NCBI GenBank assembly: GCA_963813715.1
Contig: CAWFAK010000016.1
Span: 160,001-224,000, forward strand
Reading direction: 5' to 3'
Source: an uncultured Planctomycetaceae bacterium
GTDB lineage: Bacteria > Planctomycetota > Planctomycetia > Planctomycetales > Planctomycetaceae
Length of the DNA stretch: 64,000 nt
Shown: one piece after another, positions 9,134 to 22,952 of the stretch
Position numbering within the stretch: position 1 is the first letter of the stretch
Layout of the letters: each line of letters begins with the position of its first letter
Position numbers and translations under genes: made by a program
The notes under the pieces: generated by a model
Databases searched by the model: none
Told to the model about the DNA's origin: nothing
What the model saw: only the letters and a program-made list of their open reading frames with translations

Positions 9134-9627
9134 AGATTGACGGCGCTGACCGGGGGCACAGCTGCGCTGCCGATGGGCGCAATCTCGATCGCCGGAGGCG
9201 TTGTGATGACTGTAGGCTTCGTGCTTGCGACGGCACTCGACTTGGTCGCGTCTGCGGGAGCCGCCGCAGCGGCGACTGCAGGCGCCTCGTCGGGTTCATC
9301 GCCAAGCGGCACGTCGGCGTGAGCCACGGCAAGCGGCACCTCACGGTGACGCCCCCGAAACGCCACCCAAAGTCCTGCCGCCAGCACGACTGCCAGGCCG
9401 GCGGCGGCAATTGCGATTCGTTGTTTTTTCTTGCTCGGGACCGGCGGGATTGGCCTCTTCTTGCCGGTTAATGCCTGACCGGCCGGCGTCCACGGCCCAT
9501 TGACCCCCTGGCGGACGAGCGTTTCCGGATCGATGCGGCCGCTCTCAAGAACATGCCGTACCTCGACTTCCGTCAACGGTCCGAGGGTCTTGTGCCCTTT
9601 ACGGACGTACCAGTCGTCGCTCATCAT
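9130..9627 (-). CDS. GYF_2 (DUF4339)-like domain + transmembrane helix + Ala/Pro linker
   Basis: WYVRK...GPLT...SGRIDPETLVRQG...W; TM IAIAAAGLAVVLAAGLWV; abuts next ORF with TTGA overlap (possible frameshift). Confidence 0.75.
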   Translation of the reverse strand: MMSDDWYVRKGHKTLGPLTEVEVRHVLESGRIDPETLVRQGVNGPWTPAGQALTGKKRPIPPVPSKKKQRIAIAAAGLAVVLAAGLWVAFRGRHREVPLAVAHADVPLGDEPDEAPAVAAAAAPADATKSSAVASTKPTVITTPPAIEIAPIGSAAVPPVSAVNL

Positions 9628-9651
9628 CGGACCTTTTGAGACGCGACTAGT

Positions 9652-13197
<3,546 letters not shown>

Positions 13198-13228
13198 GGA
13201 AATCCTTTCCAATTCGCAGGGGCGGGCG

Positions 13229-13657
13229 TTAAACCGACGGTCGGGCCGGCTTGCCCGATTTCATCTCAGTCAATTCGGGAATCACGTCCGAAATCCTGCG
13301 GACGCGCCCTTCCCGGTCAACGCAGGCCAGCACGCTCGTGGCGTCGGCGATCACCGTGCCGTTGCGTGTTAGCTGATATTCGTGTTCGAGCTTGGCGGGC
13401 GTCACGCGGACGACGCGGGTCCGCAGCGAGAGCAGATCGTCGAAACGGGCCGGCGTGCGGTATTTGACGTTCAGCTCCACCACGACGAAGAAGTGCCCCC
13501 CCTCCTCCATCTTGCGGTAGTCGCCCCCTTGGGCACGAAAGAGCTCCGTCCGCCCCATCTCGAAATAGCACACGAAGTTCGCATGGTGTAGAAAACCCAT
13601 CGCGTCGGTTTCGCAGTAGCGGACGCGAATGGGGATTTCGTGTTCGTGCGGACCCAT
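13229..13657 (-). CDS. Acyl-CoA thioesterase (YbgC/FadM hotdog family)
   Basis: [24 protein letters not shown]. Confidence 0.9.
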   Translation of the reverse strand: MGPHEHEIPIRVRYCETDAMGFLHHANFVCYFEMGRTELFRAQGGDYRKMEEGGHFFVVVELNVKYRTPARFDDLLSLRTRVVRVTPAKLEHEYQLTRNGTVIADATSVLACVDREGRVRRISDVIPELTEMKSGKPARPSV

Positions 13658-13689
13658 GGAGGAATAACTGGTTCCGAAGTCCGGCGGAG

Positions 13690-15315
13690 CTAGACGTTCG
13701 TCATTGCCGCCGGCGGGGCGGCTCCCTTGCCCACCGGGACGGGCTGCGGAGCGTCGTAGGTTCGGCCGGCGGGCGGACCTTGGTCGCTGTGGGCGTTGTG
13801 CAAGGCAATCTGGTAAAGCCGTTCGCCGGCCGGCGTCGGGTAATTGCCATCGATGCAGGCCTGGCACAAGCGGCCGGCCGGCTGGTCCAGACAGCGGGCG
13901 ATCGACGCCATCGGCAAGTAACGCAAACTGTCGGCACCGATGGCGGCAGCCATCTCACTCTCGATCTCGGGCGTGATCGCGTTCCCCTTCATGAACCGCG
14001 GCGCGAACAACTCCGAGACCGTCGACATGTCGATGCCGTAAAAGCACGGGGCAATGATCGGCGGGCAGGCGATCCGCACGTGGACTTCGCTCGCCCGGCC
14101 CCGCTCTCGCACCTGAGAGATCAGCGCCCGCATGGTCGTCGAACGGACGATCGTGTCCTCGACCAGCAGCACCTTCTTGCCTTCAAGCACTTCGGGCAGT
14201 GCCGTGTACTTCATCCGCACCTTGTCGGCCCGGTTCTGGCCTTCGATGAAGGTCCGGCCGACATACCGGTTGCGGATCAAGCCTTCCTGCGAGGGGACGT
14301 TGAGGCGATAGGCCATCGCGTCGGCCGCGGCCTTGGCCGTGTCGGGGACGGGAACGACGATCGTGTCGGCATCAATCGGCACCGTCTCGAGCTGTGCCAG
14401 TTCCTCGCCCAGCCGCTTGCGCGTCAGATATACGCTTCGGTCGTCGAACGTGCTGGCGACGTTGGCGAAGTAGATCCATTCGAAGAAACAGTGAGCCGTC
14501 CGCGGCGACTCGGCGAATTTCTGAATCGAGAATTCGCCGTTTTCGATAATCACGGCGTGGCCCGGAGGAACGTTCTTGATTTGCGAGTCGGAGAAGCCCA
14601 GGTGGATCAGGGCCACGCTCTCGCTGGCCGCCGCGAAGAGAGCACCGTCACGTGCGTAGCACAGGGGCCGCATCCCCAGCGGATCGCGGGCGACGAACAT
14701 GTCGCCGCACGCGTTGAGGTAGGTGATGTTATAGGCCCCGTCGAGCTTGCGAGTGAGGCGCGTCAACAGCTGGTGGAGCGAGGGCTTTTTCGTGTCCGAA
14801 AGCTCCTGCGCGATCAGGTGCAGCAGGATTTCGGTGTCGGTCTCCAGCGAGAGGTGCAACTTCGGGTTGGCGACGATCTCGCTGCGGAGCTGCGGATAGT
14901 TCGCCAGCTGGCCATTGAAGGCGAAGCTGAACCACTTGAGTTTTTCGATGTGTCGCCGCTCGAACGGTTGGGCGTAGTTGCGCCCTTCTTTGCCGCAGGT
15001 GGCGTAGCGCACGTGGCCGATGGCGGCCGGCCCGGCGCACTGGTGCATGATCGCCTCGAACTTGGCGCGGTGGTTCAGCCGAAAGACCTCGCTGACCGCT
15101 CCGACGTTTTTCCATTTGACGAGCAGCTTGTCGCGATGCGGATGGAAGGCGGCCAATCCCGCGGCCAGCTGTCCCCGGTTCTGCATGTCGACGAGCATGC
15201 CCGGAATCAACCGCGAGGCGGCGCTTCCGGGATGCCCCGCCATGAGCCGGCTGGACCCCTGGTTTGGGAGGTGATAGACCGCGGCCAGGCCGCACTCGTG
15301 ATGGAGATCGGACAT
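13690..15315 (-). CDS. purF: Amidophosphoribosyltransferase (Fe-S type, short propeptide)
   Basis: [48 protein letters not shown]. Confidence 0.95.
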   Translation of the reverse strand: MSDLHHECGLAAVYHLPNQGSSRLMAGHPGSAASRLIPGMLVDMQNRGQLAAGLAAFHPHRDKLLVKWKNVGAVSEVFRLNHRAKFEAIMHQCAGPAAIGHVRYATCGKEGRNYAQPFERRHIEKLKWFSFAFNGQLANYPQLRSEIVANPKLHLSLETDTEILLHLIAQELSDTKKPSLHQLLTRLTRKLDGAYNITYLNACGDMFVARDPLGMRPLCYARDGALFAAASESVALIHLGFSDSQIKNVPPGHAVIIENGEFSIQKFAESPRTAHCFFEWIYFANVASTFDDRSVYLTRKRLGEELAQLETVPIDADTIVVPVPDTAKAAADAMAYRLNVPSQEGLIRNRYVGRTFIEGQNRADKVRMKYTALPEVLEGKKVLLVEDTIVRSTTMRALISQVRERGRASEVHVRIACPPIIAPCFYGIDMSTVSELFAPRFMKGNAITPEIESEMAAAIGADSLRYLPMASIARCLDQPAGRLCQACIDGNYPTPAGERLYQIALHNAHSDQGPPAGRTYDAPQPVPVGKGAAPPAAMTNV

Positions 15316-15530
15316 CAATTGTCCTTCTAGAAACGGTTCAAATGACCGCTCTCTGGGGGCCTGCGTGCCACCCAACTGCCTCGGGCCGAATCGCCGGGAA
15401 ACGGCCGCGTCACCCTGTCACCCGGCTCCCCACAAGAGCCCGGCGGCGTAATGCAATCATAGCGTCGCCCGACCGCGGATCCAAACGCTGCGGCGGGCCG
15501 TTTTTTGGCCAAGATTTACCGCGAAATGCG

Positions 15531-16316
15531 TCAGTCCGCGTAGGTGCCGTCCTGCGTGAGCACAACACCGTCGGGAAACATCTCCTGCACGCAATTGCCG
15601 AAGATCAGCGTCTCGACGTGGCCGTCGAGAAACAGATAGTTGGCCAGTTGCGTGTGCCGGGTGGTCGCGATCCAGGGCTCGAAGATCAGCGTTCCCAGCC
15701 AAATGTCGTAATCGTCCTGCCGCGGGTCGTTCTGGCTGGGCGGCACGAACTGGGACGCGTCGCGTTCGACCCAGCAAATGAAATTCGTCAGCCCAGAGGA
15801 GTATTGCAGGCCGGCCAGCGACCACAAGCCGTATCGCCGCGTCTTGTGGCTGAGCTGCGAGTTCATGAGATAGCTGGTCCGCTGAGCGATGCCGTCGACG
15901 AGCCCCGTCGACGGATTGATGTACGGGGTCGGGTACGACGTGTCGTCGGGACAGCGATAGATTGACGCGCTGTTGACCACGATCCCCTGCTGCGCGACCG
16001 AGTTCTGCGACTCGGCCAGGCTGCCGATGAAGGGCATCAACTTGTCTTCCCAGTAAATCTCCGCGAAAGAGTCGGCCTCCGAGAATTGCGAAGCAACGTC
16101 GGCGTCGAACGGATGATGCAGGAAAAAGCGGCCGTGATTGACCTCGTAATAACTCTGCACGGCCAACCCGATCTGATGCAGGTTGGAGCGACATTGCGTG
16201 CAGCGGGCCGCTTCACGAGCCCCCTGAATTGCCGGTAACAAGAGCGCGATCAACAAGCCCATGATGGCAATCACGATCAGCAATTCGATGATGGTGAACC
16301 CACGGCGCTGATTCAT
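15531..16316 (-). CDS. DUF1559 prepilin-type N-terminal cleavage/methylation protein with H-X9-DG motif
   Basis: [56 protein letters not shown]. Confidence 0.93.
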   Translation of the reverse strand: MNQRRGFTIIELLIVIAIMGLLIALLLPAIQGAREAARCTQCRSNLHQIGLAVQSYYEVNHGRFFLHHPFDADVASQFSEADSFAEIYWEDKLMPFIGSLAESQNSVAQQGIVVNSASIYRCPDDTSYPTPYINPSTGLVDGIAQRTSYLMNSQLSHKTRRYGLWSLAGLQYSSGLTNFICWVERDASQFVPPSQNDPRQDDYDIWLGTLIFEPWIATTRHTQLANYLFLDGHVETLIFGNCVQEMFPDGVVLTQDGTYAD

Positions 16317-16378
16317 CGTTGTGCTCCTCGAGCCGTCACGATTTGTGGCCAAATGCGAGCAAACGGCGACCCAAACGC

Positions 16379-16461
16379 AAAAAAAGCCGCCACGGCTCGC
16401 TACGGTGTGACTGCCGGCAATCCCGAACAGTCGACCCGCCATCGCGAACCGAGGTGGCTTT
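16379..16461 (-). promoter_or_regulatory. Long stem-loop followed by U7 in the leader of the DUF1559 gene (attenuator/terminator-like)
   Basis: AAAGCCACCUCGGUUCGCGAUGG pairs with CCGUAGCGAGCCGUGGCGGCUUU; inner stem GACUGU-CGG/CCGGCAGUC; then a U run. Confidence 0.55.
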
Positions 16462-16576
16462 CAAGCGTCATCGTACCCGTCGCCGTGCCAGAATCAAGAG
16501 GCAAACTCAGGCGTCTGATTCTCCGCCAAACGAACGGCGGTGGAACTTCGTACCGAAAGGGACCACCGCGAACGAA

Positions 16577-16822
16577 ATGCGACCAAAAGTGATGGTTGTC
16601 CGACAGTCACCGACAAGCCGTTGTTCCGCTCGTCACCAATGTGGAGGACGAATTCGGGGGTTCACCCTGCTAGAGTTGCTCGTCGTATTGACCGTGTCGA
16701 TCGTCATCATCGCTCTGGCAATCGACATTCGCTGGGTGAACGGACCATTCCGGTATTATCAACAGCGGTCGAGTCTCAAGAATTTTGCTCTCGCGATGCA
16801 TTCGTACCGGCTCGTCGTTCCG
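16577..16822 (+). pseudogene. Truncated DUF1559/prepilin-like gene remnant
   Basis: GFTLLELLVVLTVSIVIIALAI...SSLKNFALAMHSY, after which the frame runs into the antisense of pepF. Confidence 0.65.
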
Positions 16823-18643
16823 CTAGTTCGGCCGATTCGCCAATTCAAGGAACTGTTCGACCCGCCGTTCGACGACGTCGAGGCTGCGGTTCCAAAACGC
16901 CGGCTCGCTGAGAGCGTAGCCCAACGTGCTTTGCACGGCTTGTTCGGTCGGCATCGAACCAGTCGCCAGCAGCAGCTTTTCGTACCGCTCGGCGAACTGT
17001 CCGCCGAATTCGCCCGCGAGCGCATAGACGCCGGTCGAAAGCAAAAACCCGAACGTGTACGGGAAGTTGTAGAAGGGGAGCGAGCTGATATAGAAGTGCA
17101 GCTTCGAGATCCAGAAGTTCGGGTTCCAGCCGTCGTCGGCCAGGCCGTCGCAAAAGGCCTCTTGCTGGGCGGCCCGCATCAATTCGCCCAGTCGCGCAGC
17201 GGGCACTTCGCCGTTCGCCCGCTCGGCATGAAAGCGGTCCTCGAACACAAAGCGGGCGTGAATATTCATCAGGTACGCGACCGAGTCGGCGAGCATGCCG
17301 TCCAGGAGCACCAGCTGCTCGTCGCGCGACGCGGCCGCTTTCAGCCGTTCTTCGTTGAGCACGGCTTCGGCGAACGTGGAGGCTGTCTCCGCCAGGTTCA
17401 TCGGATAGTCCTGCAGGAAGAAGGGCCGATCCTTGAGCACGTGCGAGTGGTAGGCGTGCCCAAGCTCGTGCGCCAGCGTCGACATGCTGTCGGGCGAGTT
17501 GGTGTACGTCATGAAGATCCGCGACTCTCGCGCCGTGGGAAACCAGGTGCAAAAGCCCCCCTGTCGCTTGCCCGGGCGGTTTTCCGTCTCGATCCACCTT
17601 CCGTCGAGGGCTGCCTCGGCGAACTTGCCGAGTTTGGGTGAGAAGCCCTGAAACGTGTCGAGCACATGGCCGCAGGCGTGGTCGTACGCGAGGCTCCGTT
17701 CGCCGAGACATGCCGCCTGAGGCAGCGGCGCGTGGACGTCATACCAGGCCAGCCGATCGAGGCCGAGCAGCTGGGCCTTTTTGGCGAGATACTTGAGCAA
17801 CACTCTCTTGCGGGTGGTCACCGTCGACCACATGGCATCGAGCGTGGCCCGCGTCATCCGGTTGTAGCGCAGCGGCGCGTCGAGATGGCTGGCCAGTCCG
17901 AGTCGCTTGTAGACCGTCAGCCGCGTGCCGGCAATGTGGTTGAGCGCGTCGGCACAGGTGTCGCCGATGGCGGTCCACGACTTGTCGGCGGCGAAGAAAT
18001 TGTTTTCCCGCACGGCACGCTCCGGCGAATCGAGCGAGACCTGGCCGGGCGACTTTTCGACGACCTCGCCCCGTTCCATCACCCGCACGCGAAGCGCCCC
18101 CGAGAGGCGATCGTAGAGGCGGCCCCACGCATGAATGCCGTCCACCGCCAAGTCGGCTGCCAGACTCTCCAGCTCTTTCGGCAAACGCAGGCCGGCTCGT
18201 TGCCGCCGGTCCTGCAGGAAGAAGGCGTTTTCGGCCAGCTGGGGATGCGCGGCGCTCACGGCGGCCAAATCGTCCGGCGACAAGTCGCGTAGCGCCAACT
18301 CGACGTTGGTGGCGATTCGCTCCTTATCGGGTTCGAACGAAGCCAGCGTCGCCTCGAGCTGCTGGAATTGCTTGTTGCCCGCTTCGGCCGCGGCGTGACA
18401 GCCGATGAACGAGCTGAGATCCGACGCGGTAGCAGCGACGGCCGCATAGCGACCCAAGAATTCGCCCCACGCTCCCGCCGCCGCCGTCGAGCGTTCGAGC
18501 GCGGGTAATCGATCGGACTCGTCGGCCACCCGCGACAGCTCGCTGCGGAAACTTGCCAGCTTGCTGCTGAAGCCGTCCGTCTGCGGATGCGGCAGCAGGC
18601 TGTCGAGGTCCCAAACTTGCGAGAACTTCTGGTCGTTGGACAC
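16823..18643 (-). CDS. pepF: M3 family oligoendopeptidase F
   Basis: WDLDSL, GKRQGGFC, LAHELGHAYH, AETASTFAE, FYNFPYTFG. Confidence 0.92.
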   Translation of the reverse strand: MSNDQKFSQVWDLDSLLPHPQTDGFSSKLASFRSELSRVADESDRLPALERSTAAAGAWGEFLGRYAAVAATASDLSSFIGCHAAAEAGNKQFQQLEATLASFEPDKERIATNVELALRDLSPDDLAAVSAAHPQLAENAFFLQDRRQRAGLRLPKELESLAADLAVDGIHAWGRLYDRLSGALRVRVMERGEVVEKSPGQVSLDSPERAVRENNFFAADKSWTAIGDTCADALNHIAGTRLTVYKRLGLASHLDAPLRYNRMTRATLDAMWSTVTTRKRVLLKYLAKKAQLLGLDRLAWYDVHAPLPQAACLGERSLAYDHACGHVLDTFQGFSPKLGKFAEAALDGRWIETENRPGKRQGGFCTWFPTARESRIFMTYTNSPDSMSTLAHELGHAYHSHVLKDRPFFLQDYPMNLAETASTFAEAVLNEERLKAAASRDEQLVLLDGMLADSVAYLMNIHARFVFEDRFHAERANGEVPAARLGELMRAAQQEAFCDGLADDGWNPNFWISKLHFYISSLPFYNFPYTFGFLLSTGVYALAGEFGGQFAERYEKLLLATGSMPTEQAVQSTLGYALSEPAFWNRSLDVVERRVEQFLELANRPN

Positions 18644-18739
18644 GGTTTCCCCTGCGTTCTTCCGCAATTCGGCGGGCTCAGTCGATTACGCACGGCGGTT
18701 CGCTCGACGCCAACCGATCGATTCGCAAATTGCCCACGA

Positions 18740-18790
18740 ATAATACTGAATTCTGCCCCGTTCGCGAATGCGTGCCTGAATCGACGATTG
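18740..18790 (-). promoter_or_regulatory. Sigma70-like promoter of pepF; one copy of a 50-bp duplication
   Basis: TTCGCG-17 nt-TATTAT on the minus strand; 40/50 identical to 21679-21728. Confidence 0.6.
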
Positions 18791-18838
18791 GCAACAGTCA
18801 TCGAACTCGTACGCGAGCAATCTGGACGCGGCGACGTC

Positions 18839-21512
18839 TTAAGGCCCGATCCGGGTCAGGGCATTACGAGCCGCATCACGTACCGATGAATAGGAATCGT
18901 TTTGCAGATGCGAGAGAGCGGGAATTGCTCGACTCCCCGTGCGCCCGACCTTTCCCAAAGCCTTTGCTGCAGCCACTCGTACAATGCGTTCCTGATCCGA
19001 CAGGCAGCGTGTCAGGGCCGCGACGCTCGGTTCGTCGGTTACTCCGATTAGTCCCAGGGACTCGGCTGCGGCAGCACGGATGGCGCGATGTGAGTCTCCG
19101 AGCAACTCGATTAGCCCGCCCGCCGCTGGGCGAGCAGTTTGCCCGATGAGCCCAAGTGCCATGGCGGCCCGCTGCCGGGTAAGAGGCTCCTCGTCCTTAA
19201 GTGCATTTTGCAGCGGAGTGAGCGCGGGCTCGCCGATTTTCGAGAGCGCGAGCATCGCGCGTTCGCCCGGAAAGTAGTGCGTCCCGCCATTCCCATGAAA
19301 ATCCCCACCGAGAATGTAAACTTCGTCGTCTGGGAAGCATCGCCATGAGCGCCGAGCAGGCGTGGGCGGCGGCGGGGCCGAGGCGGCCCAAGGCATCTGC
19401 GGCCATTCCTCGGTCGTCACATTGGCTTTGCCGAGTCACGTCGATCAGAGTGTCGACAGCTCTCGGGATTTTCGCTCCGACTTCGATCAGGAGTTCCGCG
19501 GTGTGCCGTCTCTTGCTCGTCTCGGACTCCGCCGCATCGAAGAACGTTCCGTCGTGACCGGGCGGCTGATAGCGGCAGCCTTCGACGAGCAGATTGATCG
19601 CGGGACGTGCGTTCCGACCCAGTCGTTTCCAAGTTTCTTCTGCCTCGTCGTGACCGCTGGCGCGAAAGATACCCGGTTCCTCTTGCAGAGCGGTTGCCAG
19701 CTCGATCACGCTGGCTGCGTCGGCTGGATCAAGCTTGACGATGGCGGCGACAATGACTGCTCGCTCTGATCGCGAAAACTCGCCCCGATTCAAGCGGATT
19801 TTCAGCAACGGAACTGCCGAGCGTGCGCGCGGCCCCAAATCGCCGACGCCCCGCGCCGGCGACGGTTGGGCCATATTCCACGGCTTCGAGGAGGATTCTG
19901 TAGAAGTCCGGGATGGTCGGGCGAGATTCGGGCCAATGTGATCGCCGCGTCCAGTCGCTGACGGGGATCCTTGAGCAATGGTGCGATCAACGGCGCAGCC
20001 ATAATCGCGTCGGGACCAAGCCGTCGAAGCACCGTGATCATTGCGGGTGGGAGCTTGTGACTGCTCGCCAATGCCGCGACTATTGCGGGCACCAGGGTCT
20101 TGAGATCCGGGTCGTTGGTGGCGAGCATTTTGAGAATCTCGTCCCCGATCGAATGACCGGTGCCGATTCCCCCGGCTGCACTGGGAAACGAGGTCCAGCC
20201 TCCCTGATCGTTCAACCGCGACGCCAGCGCTCGGAAGGCCCGATCGCCGCCCAGTTTTCCGAGGGCGTCGACCGCGGCGCCTCGGATCCAGGGCTCGGGA
20301 TCGTCGAGCAGCTTCGTCATCGCGACGACAATCCGGCCTTGCAGGTCGGGCAAATTGCCCAGCGCCTTGGCGGCATTGATCCGGACGCGTGCCTGTTTGC
20401 CGGCGAGAGCGCGCAGCAATGTGTCTGTCGACTGGGGGCCGATTTGCTGCAGGGCCGCTGCCGCGTCGTCCGAGACGCAATAATCGTGATGAGCCATCGG
20501 CATCGAAAAGGGTTCGGCCTCTTCCAGGCATTTGCCGAGCCCTTCGATCGCCGGCCGCGCCTCGGCGCCCATTCCGCCGAGGGCATGGATCGCCGCCAGC
20601 CGCACGATGGGTCGTTTCTGCTGGAGGGCGGTGATCAACATGGGGATCGCCGATTTGGCCTCCGGTCCGATCTCCCCAAGGAGGCGTCCGGCCTGGGCGA
20701 CGGGAGCATCCCATCCCCAAAACAACTCCTTGGTCTCGTCGCCATGCTGCGGCGGCCGGTAGCCGCGGATAACGTCGACGAGCGCCGACACGAGCGACTC
20801 GCCGGGCTCGTCGAGGCGCCAAAGTGCCCAGGCGGCCTCAACTCGTAGCAGAGGTGGGCCTTGTCTTAGCATGGCCCGCAGCGCCTCGAGAAGAGCCGGC
20901 CGCGGTTCGGGGCCGATCCAACCGATGGCGCGCGGCTTCGCTGCGAAAAAGTTCGGCCTCATGCGTGTCTCGCGCGATCTCGAGCAAAATGGGCACGGTG
21001 GCTCGGGCTCGCACCGAGAGTCCACAAAGCTTTCGCAGGGCTTCCAAGCGCTCGTTGAACGTGAACCCCTTGCCGCGCAATGCGGCAGATAGCGCGCGGC
21101 AGGCTGCTTCACGATCGCCAGCATTGATCCGCAACAGACAATAACCCGCTTTGGATCGGACGTGAGGATCGCCGTCGCGCAGCGCTCGCGAGATCGCCGG
21201 GATGGCGGGCGTGGCTTCACATTCGAGATCCGCAAGCCGGTTGAGAGCCCACAACTTGTTTTGTGCGGTTGAGCCGTCGACAACGTGGCCGAGAGCCGAG
21301 GCGGCTGGCCACGCCGTCCGACCGCAAAGTTCGAGGTTGCCCAGCGATTGCTCTTGGGCCTTCGGATCGTCGCCGTTGAGCCGACTAATTATCAGCTTGA
21401 GATCGCTTTCTTCCTTGACCTCGACTTCGAGCATGTCAAGGTCTTGCGCGCGGCCAGAGCCAGCGAGCGTCGCCGCCAGAATCAAGACTGCGGCGCGAAT
21501 CGTTAGCTGCAT
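18839..21512 (-). CDS. Secreted HEAT/PBS-lyase-like repeat protein, split by at least 3 frameshifts
   Basis: Signal peptide MQLTIRAAVLILAATLAGSGRA; repeated VRxxAAxALGxIG units spread over ORFs 20838-21554, 19802-21283, 19197-20822 and 18839-19420. Confidence 0.8.
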
Positions 21513-21677
21513 GAGTCGACCTTTCGCCTGGCGCCCGCGAAAAATCAGACGCAATTCGCCCTCGCAGAGTTCCTTGATTTTGAGCGGACGGTCCGCGCAC
21601 GATTTGCGAAAGTGTGAGTGGCCGTCCGGGGCGTCGACTCACGCTTCGTCATTCGGTCGACGGAAAGGGGCCCCGGT

Positions 21678-21728
21678 ATGATAGTGAATTCGGCTCCGTT
21701 CGCGAATTCTTGGATGAGTCAACGATTG
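21678..21728 (-). promoter_or_regulatory. Sigma70-like promoter of the HEAT-repeat gene; second copy of the 50-bp duplication
   Basis: TTCGCG-17 nt-TATCAT on the minus strand. Confidence 0.6.
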
Positions 21729-21899
21729 AGCGCAGGTATTCGTAAGAACTTTGGCTGCCGAAGAAGACTTCCCGCTTGCCAGCCTGTCGACGTCGAGTGC
21801 GGGACATGCGACGTGGTGACACCCGGGCGACGCCGGGCGACTTGACCGCCACCCTCCCCCCACTATGCTTGGGAGAGGAAAGCTGCAGGACAAAACCCA

Positions 21900-22916
21900 A
21901 TGAGCCGAGACGTCTTGGACGATATCCCGCGCGACGGCGATCAACCCGTCCTGCCGCCGATCGAGCCGCCGTCGGCCGGCTTCATCATGCAGCTGTTTGT
22001 GGTGCCGGCGCTGATCGTGCTGGCCGTCATCGTGGTGTGGGCCTTTTTCGGCAAGATCGCCGCCAGCGAGGAAGATTGGCGCGAGCTGGTCGAAGATATC
22101 CGCAACACGAACGAACACCGCCGCTGGCGGGGGGCCGACGGCCTCGCGCGACTTTTGCAAAGCGATCAACAGCTGGGCGAAAGCGGCCAACATCTCTCGT
22201 CCAATCCCGAGATCGCCAACACGTTGGTCGGTTTGTTCGACGAACAGCTCAAGCGGCACTCGCAGCGCGAAGACGATCTGAAACAGGAAGCCTTCGTGGC
22301 TCGCACGCTGGGGCTCTTGGACTCGGCGAAGGTCGTGCTACCCGCTCTCGAGCGGGGAATGCAGCCGGAGCAGGACCGTGAGGTTCGTAAGAATAGCATC
22401 GCCTCGATTGCCGTGATTGCCGGGCGGGCTTCCGAAGCCCACCATCCGATCGACAACACCGAAGTCGTCAAGGACCTGGTGACGGCGACGAGCGACTCCG
22501 ACAACCTAATCCGCGACGTAAGCACGTTCGCGCTTGGATTGATCCCGACAGACCAGTCCCGCGAGCGGCTCACCGTGCTTCTGGCCGACGCCGACCTCAA
22601 CACGCGGGTGAACGCGGCCGTGGGGCTAGCCCGGCAAAAATCGACGGCCGGTTTCCGCGTCTTCAAGGATGTCCTGCAACCGGCTGCCGGCCAGGCGACT
22701 GGTGGGGCCGCTCCGCTCGAAAATCTGCTCGCCGTCAAGAATGCTCTGCATGCCGTGAAGATCCTGGCCGGCGAATGGACGGCTCAGCAGCAGAGCGAAC
22801 TAGTCGCGCTCATCGACCCGATCAGCAAGAATCACGCAGAGCCCCGCATCCGCACCGACGCGATCGATGCGCTCGTGAGCCTGCGCGCGGGCGATCCCCA
22901 ACGCGCCTCGCGCTAG
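21900..22916 (+). CDS. Membrane-anchored HEAT-repeat protein
   Basis: TM FIMQLFVVPALIVLAVIVVWAFF; HEAT-like units (IRDVSTFALG, TRVNAAVGLA). Confidence 0.8.
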   Translation: MSRDVLDDIPRDGDQPVLPPIEPPSAGFIMQLFVVPALIVLAVIVVWAFFGKIAASEEDWRELVEDIRNTNEHRRWRGADGLARLLQSDQQLGESGQHLSSNPEIANTLVGLFDEQLKRHSQREDDLKQEAFVARTLGLLDSAKVVLPALERGMQPEQDREVRKNSIASIAVIAGRASEAHHPIDNTEVVKDLVTATSDSDNLIRDVSTFALGLIPTDQSRERLTVLLADADLNTRVNAAVGLARQKSTAGFRVFKDVLQPAAGQATGGAAPLENLLAVKNALHAVKILAGEWTAQQQSELVALIDPISKNHAEPRIRTDAIDALVSLRAGDPQRASR

Positions 22917-22952
22917 GGCCGCCCGCAATACGCCGAGCGGGTTGTGCCGCCG

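Noticed and set aside
16495..16570. c-di-GMP-I riboswitch on the plus strand (GGCAAAC...)
   Set aside because: Lacks the GNRA loop in the first stem and the following GACGCAAA segment
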